Source: Candidatus Moraniibacteriota bacterium
Lineage (GTDB): Bacteria; Patescibacteriota; Minisyncoccia; Moranbacterales; UBA1568
Assembly (NCBI GenBank): GCA_016699385.1
Contig: CP064974.1
Coordinates: 404,466 to 468,465 of the forward strand
DNA length: 64,000 nucleotides
Direction of reading: 5' to 3'
The stretch's first letter is position 1. Every line of letters begins with the position of its first letter. Of this stretch, positions 20,049-29,541 are shown one piece after another. A program made the position numbers and the translations under genes. Under the pieces are notes generated by a model. It worked only from the letters and a program-made list of their open reading frames with translations. It searched no databases and was not told where the DNA came from.

Positions 20049-20402
20049 ATGTCTGATATCCAAAGCATTTTCGATCACTTGAGCGAGATGAAGAAAGAGC
20101 AGAAAGAAATAAAGAAAGAGTATCGCGATGTGCTCGCACAGAATCTCGATTACGAAAAAGCGGTCGAAGAGCTCGAAAAAGCGCGTGAAAAAAAGACGAC
20201 ATTTGAGCAAAAAGCCAAAGACTCTCTCGGTAAGCGTTATGAACGCCATGAGGAGCTTGTCGATGAAATCAAGGCCAACCAAGAAATGCTTTCCGACATG
20301 GCGATGACAACCCTCATGGATGGCAAGACCGTCGAAGCGACCGATGAGTACGGCAACAAATACGAGCCCATCTTCGCCGTCCGCTTCAAGAAACAAGGAT
20401 AA
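20049..20402 (+). CDS. Hypothetical charged coiled-coil protein
   Basis: 117 aa, K/E-rich, with heptad-like periodicity. Confidence 0.4.
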   Translation: MSDIQSIFDHLSEMKKEQKEIKKEYRDVLAQNLDYEKAVEELEKAREKKTTFEQKAKDSLGKRYERHEELVDEIKANQEMLSDMAMTTLMDGKTVEATDEYGNKYEPIFAVRFKKQG

Positions 20403-20464
20403 GAGGAGGAAAAATGATAGCTTTCGCACTTTCACAACTCCAGAAATGAGAGGGGTACATAAAG

Positions 20465-20704
20465 ATGCAACACCAAATATACGGATTTAGAGTATGGAAC
20501 AATACAGCAAACCGTCGCTGTTACCAATGTGGAGCAATTCTCCCCGAAGGTTTGTATATTCGTTGCGGAAACCATTTCTTCTGTTTCTCGCAAATGCCAA
20601 ATTCCTGCTATTCGAGGTGGGTAGGGGAAGTATTTCCCCCAAGCATGGTAAAAAGCGCTATAGAAGAGGGGGCAGCCTTCGATATGACTCTTCAATCCTG
20701 CTAG
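20465..20704 (+). CDS. Small putative zinc-ribbon protein
   Basis: 79 aa with the pattern CYQCG...IRCGNHFFC. A GAGAGGGG Shine-Dalgarno-like sequence lies about 8 nt upstream of the ATG. A terminator follows at 20762. Confidence 0.35.
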   Translation: MQHQIYGFRVWNNTANRRCYQCGAILPEGLYIRCGNHFFCFSQMPNSCYSRWVGEVFPPSMVKSAIEEGAAFDMTLQSC

Positions 20705-20761
20705 ATCGGGATATAAAGTGTTACACTCATGTAAAATAAAATGAGGCTGTGCGGAACATAA

Positions 20762-20795
20762 AAGCCGATTCAAAATGGAATTCGGCTTTTTATTT
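20762..20795 (+). terminator. Rho-independent terminator (AGCCGATTC-loop-GAATTCGGCT followed by TTTTTATTTTT)
   Basis: Seen directly in the sequence. Confidence 0.45.
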
Positions 20796-20956
20796 TTCTC
20801 TCTCAATGAAAATTGAGTGTCCTTAAGAATTATAGAGTGAGTTATAAATAAGCTTGACTGTTTAGGAAGGGGTAATGATTCTATCGTAAGAGTAAGGGAG
20901 GAGGGGTAAGAAAGAAATAAAAACAGCATAGATGTGTGTTGGTTCTCAAAAATGAT

Positions 20957-20984
20957 ATGTCGCATAATGTAAGTTATGCGACAT
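20957..20984. promoter_or_regulatory. Perfect 11-bp inverted repeat ATGTCGCATAA-N6-TTATGCGACAT with an adjacent TTGACA
   Basis: Seen directly in a 400-bp ORF-poor spacer. Confidence 0.3.
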
Positions 20985-21025
20985 GTTGACAGTTTTTGAA
21001 GACAGAGACACTTGTTTTGCAACAT

Positions 21026-21060
21026 GAAAAAAGCCGATCCACAATCTATATGGGTCGGCT
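21026..21060. terminator. Bidirectional hairpin terminator (AAGCCGATCCA-loop-TGGGTCGGCTT) with U-runs on both strands
   Basis: An 11-bp stem with one G-U pair. On the minus strand it is followed by TTTTTT, just downstream of the gene ending at 21119. Confidence 0.5.
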
Positions 21061-21118
21061 TTCCTTTCATGGTGTCCCTCTTTCTTTTTATCTACGCACC
21101 TTTTAGAACTCTCATTTG

Positions 21119-21517
21119 TTATCTTTTTGACTCCAATGAGCCCAACCTCTCCTGAATTTTTCGGAAAAATTCAGGGCCGAGAAGTTCACCAAGATGATTC
21201 TCGTCTTTGCATTCATCTTCTTCCACTTCTTCTGCCTCGCTGTCAGTATCATCATACTTCAATTCCGAGAAAATATGAGGGACAATGAATGAGAGGCAGA
21301 AAATGATGCCCACAACCATCAAAATAGCTGCAAAAACACTTTCATCGACGCTTTTCCCGCGATAAAAATAATTAGCAGAAAAAGCACCGAAAGCTACTAT
21401 CAGTAGACTCAAAACAGCCAATGTTACCTTTTCTTGATCTACCACATCTATAAGCGTGTACTTCCAGCTTTTCTTAGCATTCTCATTCTTCTCATTCTTC
21501 TCATTCTTCTCTTTCAT
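21119..21517 (-). CDS. Small membrane protein with a KNEKNEKNE N-terminal repeat and an acidic C-terminus
   Basis: Two TM helices. A 3 x 9-bp tandem repeat encodes KNE repeats. The start was assumed at MKEKNEK. Confidence 0.4.
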   Translation of the reverse strand: MKEKNEKNEKNENAKKSWKYTLIDVVDQEKVTLAVLSLLIVAFGAFSANYFYRGKSVDESVFAAILMVVGIIFCLSFIVPHIFSELKYDDTDSEAEEVEEDECKDENHLGELLGPEFFRKIQERLGSLESKR

Positions 21518-21697
21518 AGCATATTCTCCTGATTGGAGTTGGAGGTTGTTTGGATTGTAAATGTACTGCGTCGGCAATGTATCATAGAAAAGATGATCTG
21601 TCTATGCTTGAAAAATTTCTGGATAGGGAAGTCGCGTGGAAATAACCTCCGCCTTTCTTCTTTCTTTGGAGGGATTCTTGGGATATAATGGGGCTAT

Positions 21698-23509
21698 ATG
21701 AATGAACAAAAACAGGGTACCACTCCCCTCTTGTTAGAATCGGATCAGGCAATATTTGATCGAGTTTCGGGTGCATGGATAGTGTTTCTTTTCAGTGCTT
21801 TTTTTCTTGCGATAGGCGGTATATTTACCGACAATGCCATCCTCGTGCTATCGCTTATAGTAATAGTTGGGACACTGATAGCGCTTTGGAAATTGCGTCC
21901 GTCACGAGAGCTTGGGATAGTTGGCATTGCCACACTTGCCTTTGTACTTCTCATTTCTTTCCCCTCCTCCCCTTCTGTGTTCTCGGGACGAGACCAGGGA
22001 TCGTATGCGGAGGCTGCCATTCGGCTTGCACATGATCATTCGCTTCAGTCGCATACACCCGCTGTCGAGCAAGAGCTTTTCCACCTCTATGGAGAAGGCA
22101 AGGCACTCAATGTGCCAGGATTCTTTTTTGCTTCGAATGGATCACTCGTCACACAATTTCCACTCGGAAACATCGCTTGGTTTGGAGCGAGTGTCTCACT
22201 CTTTGGCATTGTCGGACTCTCTCTCGCCAATGCATTCACGCTGTTTGTTTCACTCCTCACCCTCTTTATTTTCCTGAGACGATTTGTAGCATTTCCATTT
22301 GCTGCTTCCGGCGTTGCAGTTGCAGCACTTTCTTTTCCCTTCATCTGGATACAAGAGCGGACACTGAGTGAAAATGTAGCGCTTCCATTATTTTTGATAC
22401 TTTCCGTTCATCTCGTGTCATTTCTTACTGACCCAAAGCGACGGATATGGTGGCTTGCCATACTTTCGGCAACATTTTTGTATCTAACACGAATCGAAGG
22501 ATTTTTTCTTTTCGCTCTTTCGGTAGTAGTGGTATTTTCCCAACAGGAAGCGCGTCGATACCTGCTCTCGCATTTCTTCACGACACTCCTTCCGGCAGTT
22601 GTCATCGTTAGTGCCATACTCAGTATCGATATTGTTTCCAATCTTCCCTTCTACCGAACAATAGGGAAAGCTGTCATGGAATCATTTGTGACTCCCAGTT
22701 CCAATACATCCTCTGCACTCCTCCCTTCAACGATGCCGCTATTTCGGACACTTGAAATATTCTGGACATACGGCATGATTTCGATTCTTTCACTCGCACT
22801 TCTGGGTTTTATCATGCTTTTTAAGGGGCGGCAATTCATTCGACTTGTGCCGTTTTGGTTGGCACTTCCCACATTCATGTATCTCTTCAGCCCGCAAATA
22901 TCACCGGATCATCCGTGGATACTTCGACGATTTGTGTTTGCATTCTGGCCGACGGCTATCGTACTCGCAATATGTGCACTGGCTCGATTGCAGATATCTT
23001 TCGAAGGGCGCTACCCGGGAAAGATTCTCTTTCGTCCAGCTCTTTTCTCATCATTTTTCTCCGCACTCCTCATCCTCCCAGCGCTCCCGACAACGGCTCC
23101 AAGACTTTTCTTCTCCGAGAACAGGTACCTACTCTCGGATGTCGAGACACTTTCAACGTATTTTTCAGATCGCGACCTCATCCTTGTTGACCGCATGTCG
23201 TCTGGGGATCCCTTCTCCATTATAGCTGACCCTCTTAGTACCTTGTTTGGAAAAAATGCGATGTATTTCTTCAATCCAGATGATTTGTCGCGCCTCGATA
23301 TTGCTCAATATGAACATGTCTATCTCATTGTTCAAGATGGAGATGAACACATCTATCAATCGGCACTCAATTCTTACTTCGAATTTCGAAAGATGCGTCC
23401 GTACACGCTTCGTACTTCTACATTTAGTCGCGAAACCGATCCAGCTCGCATTCCTCTGCGAAATGACGAGGTCATATCAGGAACGGTGTTTCTTGTTGTT
23501 CCGAAGTAG
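21698..23509 (+). CDS. Large polytopic membrane protein (possible GT-C-like glycosyltransferase)
   Basis: 603 aa with more than 10 TM helices. There is no definitive motif. Confidence 0.45.
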   Translation: MNEQKQGTTPLLLESDQAIFDRVSGAWIVFLFSAFFLAIGGIFTDNAILVLSLIVIVGTLIALWKLRPSRELGIVGIATLAFVLLISFPSSPSVFSGRDQGSYAEAAIRLAHDHSLQSHTPAVEQELFHLYGEGKALNVPGFFFASNGSLVTQFPLGNIAWFGASVSLFGIVGLSLANAFTLFVSLLTLFIFLRRFVAFPFAASGVAVAALSFPFIWIQERTLSENVALPLFLILSVHLVSFLTDPKRRIWWLAILSATFLYLTRIEGFFLFALSVVVVFSQQEARRYLLSHFFTTLLPAVVIVSAILSIDIVSNLPFYRTIGKAVMESFVTPSSNTSSALLPSTMPLFRTLEIFWTYGMISILSLALLGFIMLFKGRQFIRLVPFWLALPTFMYLFSPQISPDHPWILRRFVFAFWPTAIVLAICALARLQISFEGRYPGKILFRPALFSSFFSALLILPALPTTAPRLFFSENRYLLSDVETLSTYFSDRDLILVDRMSSGDPFSIIADPLSTLFGKNAMYFFNPDDLSRLDIAQYEHVYLIVQDGDEHIYQSALNSYFEFRKMRPYTLRTSTFSRETDPARIPLRNDEVISGTVFLVVPK

Positions 23510-23534
23510 GAGATTGTGTATCATAGAAAAAATT

Positions 23535-24884
23535 ATGCCTCATTCTCATCATTTCAAAAAACCGTGGAATCGAGTGTACTGCACATTACGCATTACTCTC
23601 TGGGGGATTTTCCTTGTAAGTATGTCGATGTTTGCATTTTCAATACTCTTTCCCTCCCAAGATCTTTCCTACACCTTTTCTGATTCGAAAGTAGGAGGCA
23701 ATGAACTCGTACGTCCTCGCACCGAAGATGGAACCACTCGAGAAAACGGTCGCATCCACGAGGGTGAAACACTCATTGTCGACGCTTCCGTGCTTGGCGA
23801 TTTTTCCCATTCGCAAGTGAGTATTTCCATGAAAGATTCCCTTGATATCACGAAGCTGCGAAATATGAACATCGTCACCAGGCGATCTCAGCAGGCATTC
23901 TTTTATCCAAAAGGTTTACCGGCAACTTTCCCCAGCGGGACACTCCTTCGACATGGAAGCGAAGTCTTCCTTATCGATCCAGATGGCACACGCCATCGGT
24001 TTGCCTCCGAAGAAAGCGCGCGCTCATGGGGCTATGATACAGCTTCATTTCTGTCAGTTTCCGATGAAGAACTCCTCGCCAATCCCGAAGGCGCCATCCT
24101 TACCGAGACGAGTAATCATGAAACTCCTCCCGACGGTGCTTTTATCCATTCGGAAGACACCTTTTATCTCTGGAAGAACTCGACACTCTTCCCTTTTGTA
24201 AGCGCTGGCGCTTATTTTGAGCGATTTCCCAAAGAGTGGGCGCTCGAACGAGACGCAGCATTTATTCATGCTCACACCGTTTCCGACGAATGGATTGCCT
24301 ATCCAAGCGGCTCACTTCTTGCTTGGGGAGACGGCGTCTTCATTATGGACAATGCTTCACCGCGACCCGTACTCGGTGCCGATATCTTTCTTTCTCTCGG
24401 ATATTCTTGGGATGATGTCCGCCCCGTGAGTGATGAAGAAATCAGCCTTGAACAAAAGGGGAAATTTATTGATCTCCGCGTCCCACATCCAAATGGAACC
24501 GTCCTTCTTGATACGCGCGAGAATAGATACTTCCTTGTTCAAGACGAAACACTTCGAGAGATACAAGGTGTGTCAATGCTTCATATGTGGCTCGGCGAAA
24601 AACATCCGATACTCGTTTCTTCTGACGATCTTGAACAACGCGCTTCCTGCACACCGAACACTCCGTCGTTTTTCTCTACCGATAAAATAGTCTGCTCGGT
24701 ACCGCTAGAAAACCTCGCAAATCTTCATGGCGACACCTATGAGTTTTCTATTCCCTTTGCCAATAAGGCTGACATAGACTCCATGGACATTGTATTCAAA
24801 AGCTCTCTGCGAGAACAAACTTTTCTTACTACTCTTTCCAAACTCAAGTCCAGGATACTCTCGCGCTACCTTCCTTCCCCATAG
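23535..24884 (+). CDS. N-terminally anchored extracytoplasmic protein with four tandem repeats of about 60 aa
   Basis: The repeats follow the pattern P-[SDN]-G-[ST]-[LV]-L...[FY][LF][IV].D...G[YE]...VSDEE (R1 SGTLLRHGSEVFLID; R3 SGSLLAWGDGVFIMD; R4 NGTVLLDTRENRYFLV). The start was moved to the Met after the upstream gene stop. Confidence 0.45.
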   Translation: MPHSHHFKKPWNRVYCTLRITLWGIFLVSMSMFAFSILFPSQDLSYTFSDSKVGGNELVRPRTEDGTTRENGRIHEGETLIVDASVLGDFSHSQVSISMKDSLDITKLRNMNIVTRRSQQAFFYPKGLPATFPSGTLLRHGSEVFLIDPDGTRHRFASEESARSWGYDTASFLSVSDEELLANPEGAILTETSNHETPPDGAFIHSEDTFYLWKNSTLFPFVSAGAYFERFPKEWALERDAAFIHAHTVSDEWIAYPSGSLLAWGDGVFIMDNASPRPVLGADIFLSLGYSWDDVRPVSDEEISLEQKGKFIDLRVPHPNGTVLLDTRENRYFLVQDETLREIQGVSMLHMWLGEKHPILVSSDDLEQRASCTPNTPSFFSTDKIVCSVPLENLANLHGDTYEFSIPFANKADIDSMDIVFKSSLREQTFLTTLSKLKSRILSRYLPSP

Positions 24885-24951
24885 ACGAGAATTAGAGAAG
24901 AGCGGATGTAAAGACACATTGTAGAATATTCCTTTTGCTTTTTGTTACGGT

Positions 24952-25389
24952 ATGAAAAAATTCTCACTGTCACGAGCTTCAATGAAGGCATTTTTCGAAA
25001 AAGAAGAGCTTCGCATGATTGCAGTGCTTCTTTCTCGTGAAGCGATAGCACTCTCGCTTTTTTCACTCGCCATACTTCTCTCACTCGAGAGCCTCCTGCC
25101 GGGAACTGTATCGCTACGAGAAGGCATGCTCTTTTTTGTCCTCGGAATAGCCGGGGCGATTCTCATCGAGCGACGCCTCTCGAGCACCCTCCAAGCAACA
25201 TCATTACAAGAGGTATCAGTGCCTGCTTCTGGAAAAATGCGCATTTTGTTTTGGGGGTTTATTCTCTGGGCGGCATTCCTTTTTGGAAACGCTCTTTTTG
25301 GATTTCATCCTGCTATTATTTTCATTCTTCTCCTCATTACCACTCCCCTTCTTGCTCTCTTTTTCAACATGGCATTTGGGAGGGAATGA
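24952..25389 (+). CDS. Small membrane protein (hypothetical)
   Basis: 145 aa with 3-4 hydrophobic helices. Confidence 0.3.
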   Translation: MKKFSLSRASMKAFFEKEELRMIAVLLSREAIALSLFSLAILLSLESLLPGTVSLREGMLFFVLGIAGAILIERRLSSTLQATSLQEVSVPASGKMRILFWGFILWAAFLFGNALFGFHPAIIFILLLITTPLLALFFNMAFGRE

Positions 25390-25406
25390 GTACGACAATT
25401 GAGGTG

Positions 25407-26519
25407 CTATTCCAGAATCCACTCAGCTGTTTCTTGGGCGCATTTGTTCCAAGAAAATTTCTTAAGTTGTTCCCTTCCCGCTGTAATGAGGGTGGTACGT
25501 TGCGAAATGTCATTCCAAAGTTCGGAGAGAATATCTGCGAGAATACCGCTTCGATTGGCATCGAAGAATTGCGCGGCATCGCCAGCCACCTCAGGGAGAC
25601 TGGAATTATTGGCACAGACTACCGGCACACCAGAAGCAAATGCTTCGAGTATCGGGAGTCCAAACCCTTCGTAGAGTGACGGATAGACAAATATCCGCGC
25701 ATATTTGTAGAGTACAGAGCGCTCTTCAAAGGACACACGCTCCGTCATCACAATACGATCGCGGAAAATGTTTTTCTCTCGCGCTTCGAAAATCTTGGTA
25801 CTCATCCACGCTGCTTCACCAGCAAGCACGAGCTTTGCCGACGGATGAGACCTTCCAAATACCGCAAATGCCTCCATCAGGCGAATAAGGTTTTTCCTCG
25901 GTTGAAGTGCACCGACATACAAAATATATTCTCCATCGGTGAGATGAAATTTTTCCAGAATAGCCATCTTTTCATCTTGACTCACGGATCCTTCCTGAGG
26001 AATATCAAAGCCATGATAAATCACACGGATTTTGCTTTCGGAAATATGAGGGTACCATTTCAGGATATCTCGCTTGGTTGAGTCCGAAACAGCAATAAGT
26101 CGCGTCGCATGCCGGACAGCGAAATCCGTGAGCCAGTTCAATTTCCATACATCTTGTGATGGGAAATGCTCCGGAAACAATTTGAATGCGAGGTCATGAA
26201 TCGTCACGATAGACTGAGTACCCTTCGGAAGAAAGACGGGAAGCGCCTGCACTGGCATAAACAATCGCCCTGGATGCTGTCGAAAAAGTTCCCAGGCGAA
26301 ACGCGTCTGTGTCCACGAAAGAGGAAATGGCACGGTATGAATGTGATAGTTCGGGAAAGCAGGCGGCGTGAGATAGGGATTAAAATCTCTCCAGTGAAAG
26401 AGGTGCCACGATTCATCGGGGAACATTGCCCCAAAACGCTCGAGAAGACGAAGGAGATACACGCGCGTCCCATCAATACGCTCGGCATCAAGATCAGCTG
26501 CTTGAATAGCAATGGACAT
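25407..26519 (-). CDS. GT4 glycosyltransferase (Glycos_transf_1)
   Basis: The GT4 motif EGFGLPILEAFASGVPVV is present, with a Rossmann GT-B layout. Confidence 0.8.
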   Translation of the reverse strand: MSIAIQAADLDAERIDGTRVYLLRLLERFGAMFPDESWHLFHWRDFNPYLTPPAFPNYHIHTVPFPLSWTQTRFAWELFRQHPGRLFMPVQALPVFLPKGTQSIVTIHDLAFKLFPEHFPSQDVWKLNWLTDFAVRHATRLIAVSDSTKRDILKWYPHISESKIRVIYHGFDIPQEGSVSQDEKMAILEKFHLTDGEYILYVGALQPRKNLIRLMEAFAVFGRSHPSAKLVLAGEAAWMSTKIFEAREKNIFRDRIVMTERVSFEERSVLYKYARIFVYPSLYEGFGLPILEAFASGVPVVCANNSSLPEVAGDAAQFFDANRSGILADILSELWNDISQRTTLITAGREQLKKFSWNKCAQETAEWILE

Positions 26520-26524
26520 AGAGA

Positions 26525-27229
26525 CTACGCTATCATTGTGCCAACGAAATCCTCTCCGAGAAAGTAGCGCTCGAGGTTATCGATATCCGATCCATTCATC
26601 ACGACGACAGAGAAACCTTCTTCTTCGGCAAGTTTCGAGGCAACCGGATCAAATGGCGCACTCATGCCAGGGCTCCACGTATTTCCGACCAGTTTGCGAA
26701 ATTCCGACCACCCGAGTCGATCAAAACGCTTCGCATCAGCCCGCTTCCGAGGATCTGCTTCGTAGACGCCATCCGTATTTGAAAGATTGATAATGGTTTT
26801 GAAATCAAGATATTTTGCAAGCACGGTTGCAATATAGTCGGTTGAGAAGCCGGGTCGCCACCCGCCGGCAACAATAATCGGCTCTTTCGCTTGGTAGAAG
26901 TCCTCGAGATCATGCGGATTGGTATTGATTCGCGGATGCGCCCATTCGCGGAAAATCGTACGAAGAAAGTGGGCATTCATACGCGTTGCATGAATGCCTA
27001 GCCAGTCTTGGTCATCATTCTCAATCGAGTGGACTTTCGAGGCGGCATCGATGTAGTTGCGAGCTGTTTTTCCGCCGCCTACGACGAGGATAAACGAATA
27101 TCCATCCTGAATGCGCGACACAATGCAATCATGAAATCGCTTCACGAAGTCTGTATCGATGCCACCATTTGGTACCACAAGCGACCCACCGACAGAAATA
27201 AGGAATCGCTTTGATTGATCGTGTTTCAT
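26525..27229 (-). CDS. pyrH: Uridylate kinase
   Basis: LISVGGSLV...VVGGGKTAR...VAGG motifs of the amino-acid kinase fold (UMP kinase) are present. Confidence 0.85.
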   Translation of the reverse strand: MKHDQSKRFLISVGGSLVVPNGGIDTDFVKRFHDCIVSRIQDGYSFILVVGGGKTARNYIDAASKVHSIENDDQDWLGIHATRMNAHFLRTIFREWAHPRINTNPHDLEDFYQAKEPIIVAGGWRPGFSTDYIATVLAKYLDFKTIINLSNTDGVYEADPRKRADAKRFDRLGWSEFRKLVGNTWSPGMSAPFDPVASKLAEEEGFSVVVMNGSDIDNLERYFLGEDFVGTMIA

Positions 27230-27245
27230 TGTTTTTGTATATGAT

Positions 27246-28481
27246 CTAATCTATAAGAGAGGCCACCTCTTCGAAAGAGAGAATGTTCGATTCATTCTCG
27301 GTTCGTCGCTTCATCTCCGCGCCACCTTTCTCGAGTGATCGCTTGGAAATGACGAGGCGATACGGTATGCCGAGAAGATCGCTGTCGCCAAACTTCTCCC
27401 CTGCCCGTACATCTCGGTCATCAAAGAGCGTCTCGATTCCTGCACCCTGGAGTTTTTCGTACCACTCACCCGCTTCCTTGTCGGCGTCGAGTGAGAGAAG
27501 ATGCACTCGAAATGGCGCAACGCTTTCCGGCCATACTATTCCTTTCTCATCGGAAAGTATTTCAACTATCGTTCCCATGAGTCGCGTCGGACCAATGCCG
27601 TAGCTTCCCATGATTATTGGTTGTGCCGATCCGTCTTCATTTGTGTATGTCAACCCAAGTGCCTCCGAAAAACGCGTTCCGAGTTTGAAGATGTTTCCGA
27701 CCTCGATAGACTTCAATTTTTCAAGCTCGTTTTTCTTGAGATTGAGATCATTGAGCACTTCATCTGTGTAGACCTCTTCGTTTACAGCGATATCTTTTTC
27801 CCGCGAAAGATAAATGGTGTCTTCACCAGCATTGCTTACCGCCTGAAACTCATGGCTATATTTTGAAAATACTCCACCACTCGCAAATGTTTTGAATGTT
27901 TGTTTGCCAATGCCGACTCGGGAAAATATTCTCGCATACGCTTTGGCACACTGCTCATAAAAGTTATCCAAACCTTCCTCCGTTGCGTTGAACGAGTAGA
28001 GATCCTTCATGAGAAATTCCCGACCGCGCATAATGCCGCTTTTTGCACGCTCTTCGTTTCGGAATTTTGTCTGTATCTGATACACGTACACGGGTAGGTC
28101 ACGGTAGGAGGTAATATGTTGTTTCATGAGTGCTGTTACCGCCTCTTCATGAGTGAATCCAAGTCCAAGTTCCGTGCCGTTTTTGAGTGAGGTCTTGAAC
28201 CAATTATCCACCGTCTCATCAGACCAGCGATTTGTTTTTTGCCACAATTCCGGATTTTGGAGTGCTGTCATAAAAATCTCCTGTCCGCCTATACTGATCA
28301 TTTCTTCTCGAATGATAGCTTCAACTTTTCGAAGTACTCGCAATCCGAGTGGCAAAAAAGTATACACCCCTGCCATTTCTTTGTGTACAAATCCAGCGCG
28401 AATGAGAAGCTGCGCGTTTCGACTCACTTCGTCCGCAGGATTTTCTTTCCGAGTCTTCGTGAAAAGTTCTGATTGTTTCAT
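27246..28481 (-). CDS. proS: Proline--tRNA ligase (class II, short form without editing insertion)
   Basis: N-terminal MKQSELFTKTRKE. Class II motifs and the anticodon-binding domain are present. The start was moved to an internal Met. Confidence 0.85.
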   Translation of the reverse strand: MKQSELFTKTRKENPADEVSRNAQLLIRAGFVHKEMAGVYTFLPLGLRVLRKVEAIIREEMISIGGQEIFMTALQNPELWQKTNRWSDETVDNWFKTSLKNGTELGLGFTHEEAVTALMKQHITSYRDLPVYVYQIQTKFRNEERAKSGIMRGREFLMKDLYSFNATEEGLDNFYEQCAKAYARIFSRVGIGKQTFKTFASGGVFSKYSHEFQAVSNAGEDTIYLSREKDIAVNEEVYTDEVLNDLNLKKNELEKLKSIEVGNIFKLGTRFSEALGLTYTNEDGSAQPIIMGSYGIGPTRLMGTIVEILSDEKGIVWPESVAPFRVHLLSLDADKEAGEWYEKLQGAGIETLFDDRDVRAGEKFGDSDLLGIPYRLVISKRSLEKGGAEMKRRTENESNILSFEEVASLID

Positions 28482-28598
28482 AGGATGCATTCCATAACAG
28501 AAAAGACGGCTAATATGCTTTCTTTCCAAGAATACACCGTTTGTGCTACACTGACAATCCATTCATCCGAGTAATTTTGTTTCATCTATACGCCCATT

Positions 28599-29513
28599 AT
28601 GGCACTTATCTCCATCAAAAATCTCTCAAAAACATACGGGTCTGGACTCCATGCGCTTCGTGATGTATCGCTTGATATCCACGCCGGCGAAATATTCGCA
28701 CTCTTGGGACCCAATGGCGCCGGGAAGACGACGCTCATTGGCATCATCACTGGACTCGTGACGAAAACATCCGGCGATGTCCGCGTTGATGGCAAAGATA
28801 TCGAGAAGGACTATCGCTACACGCGGAGTCTTATCGGGTTTGTCCCACAAGAAATCTCGCTTGATATCTTTCTCTCTGTCGAGCAAATTCTCAAAAATCA
28901 GCGCGGATTTTATGGTAAGCCGGCAAATCCAGCACTTCTCGAGCGCATAATGCGCGACCTTTCCCTCTGGGACAAGCGTCACGCCGAAGTGCGTTCGCTC
29001 TCGGGTGGCATGAAGCGTCGTGTCCTTATAGCCAAAGCTCTAACCAATGAACCGAGGATTCTCTTCCTCGACGAGCCGACTGCTGGTGTCGATGTCGATC
29101 TCCGCAAAGACATGTGGGGGCAAGTGCAAAAACTCCGACAATCCGGCACGACGATTATTCTCACCACGCACTATATCGAAGAAGCTGAACTCCTCGCGGA
29201 TCGAATCGGCATCATCAACGAAGGCAAACTCATCCTGGTTGAAAACAAAGAAACTCTCATGAAAAAAATGGGCGAAAAAACCCTTGTTATCCAATTGAAA
29301 GAACCGATGGCTTCGATTCCGACGGCATTTTCTCAGTACCGACTCACGCTCTCCGAGGACAAACAATCGCTTTCCCTGCAATATTCCGTCGAAGACCATG
29401 TCGTTTTCCCATTTTTGCAAGCACTCAAAGAGCAGAGCATTCTCGCCTCCGATATCACTACCACCGAAACATCCCTCGAAGAAATATTCGTCACCCTCAT
29501 TGGAAAAAAATAG
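28599..29513 (+). CDS. ABC transporter ATP-binding protein (ABC-2 / DrrA-like)
   Basis: Walker A GPNGAGKTT, signature LSGGMKRRV, and Walker B LFLDEPT are present. Confidence 0.9.
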   Translation: MALISIKNLSKTYGSGLHALRDVSLDIHAGEIFALLGPNGAGKTTLIGIITGLVTKTSGDVRVDGKDIEKDYRYTRSLIGFVPQEISLDIFLSVEQILKNQRGFYGKPANPALLERIMRDLSLWDKRHAEVRSLSGGMKRRVLIAKALTNEPRILFLDEPTAGVDVDLRKDMWGQVQKLRQSGTTIILTTHYIEEAELLADRIGIINEGKLILVENKETLMKKMGEKTLVIQLKEPMASIPTAFSQYRLTLSEDKQSLSLQYSVEDHVVFPFLQALKEQSILASDITTTETSLEEIFVTLIGKK

Positions 29514-29541
29514 CGCTTATTTCATCAACTCTCCCTACACT

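Noticed and set aside
20432-21070. 212-aa minus-strand ORF in the ORF track
   Set aside because: It spans an AT-rich spacer containing two terminators and a palindrome. It overlaps a better-supported small plus-strand ORF with a ribosome-binding site, and it has no coding-like composition.
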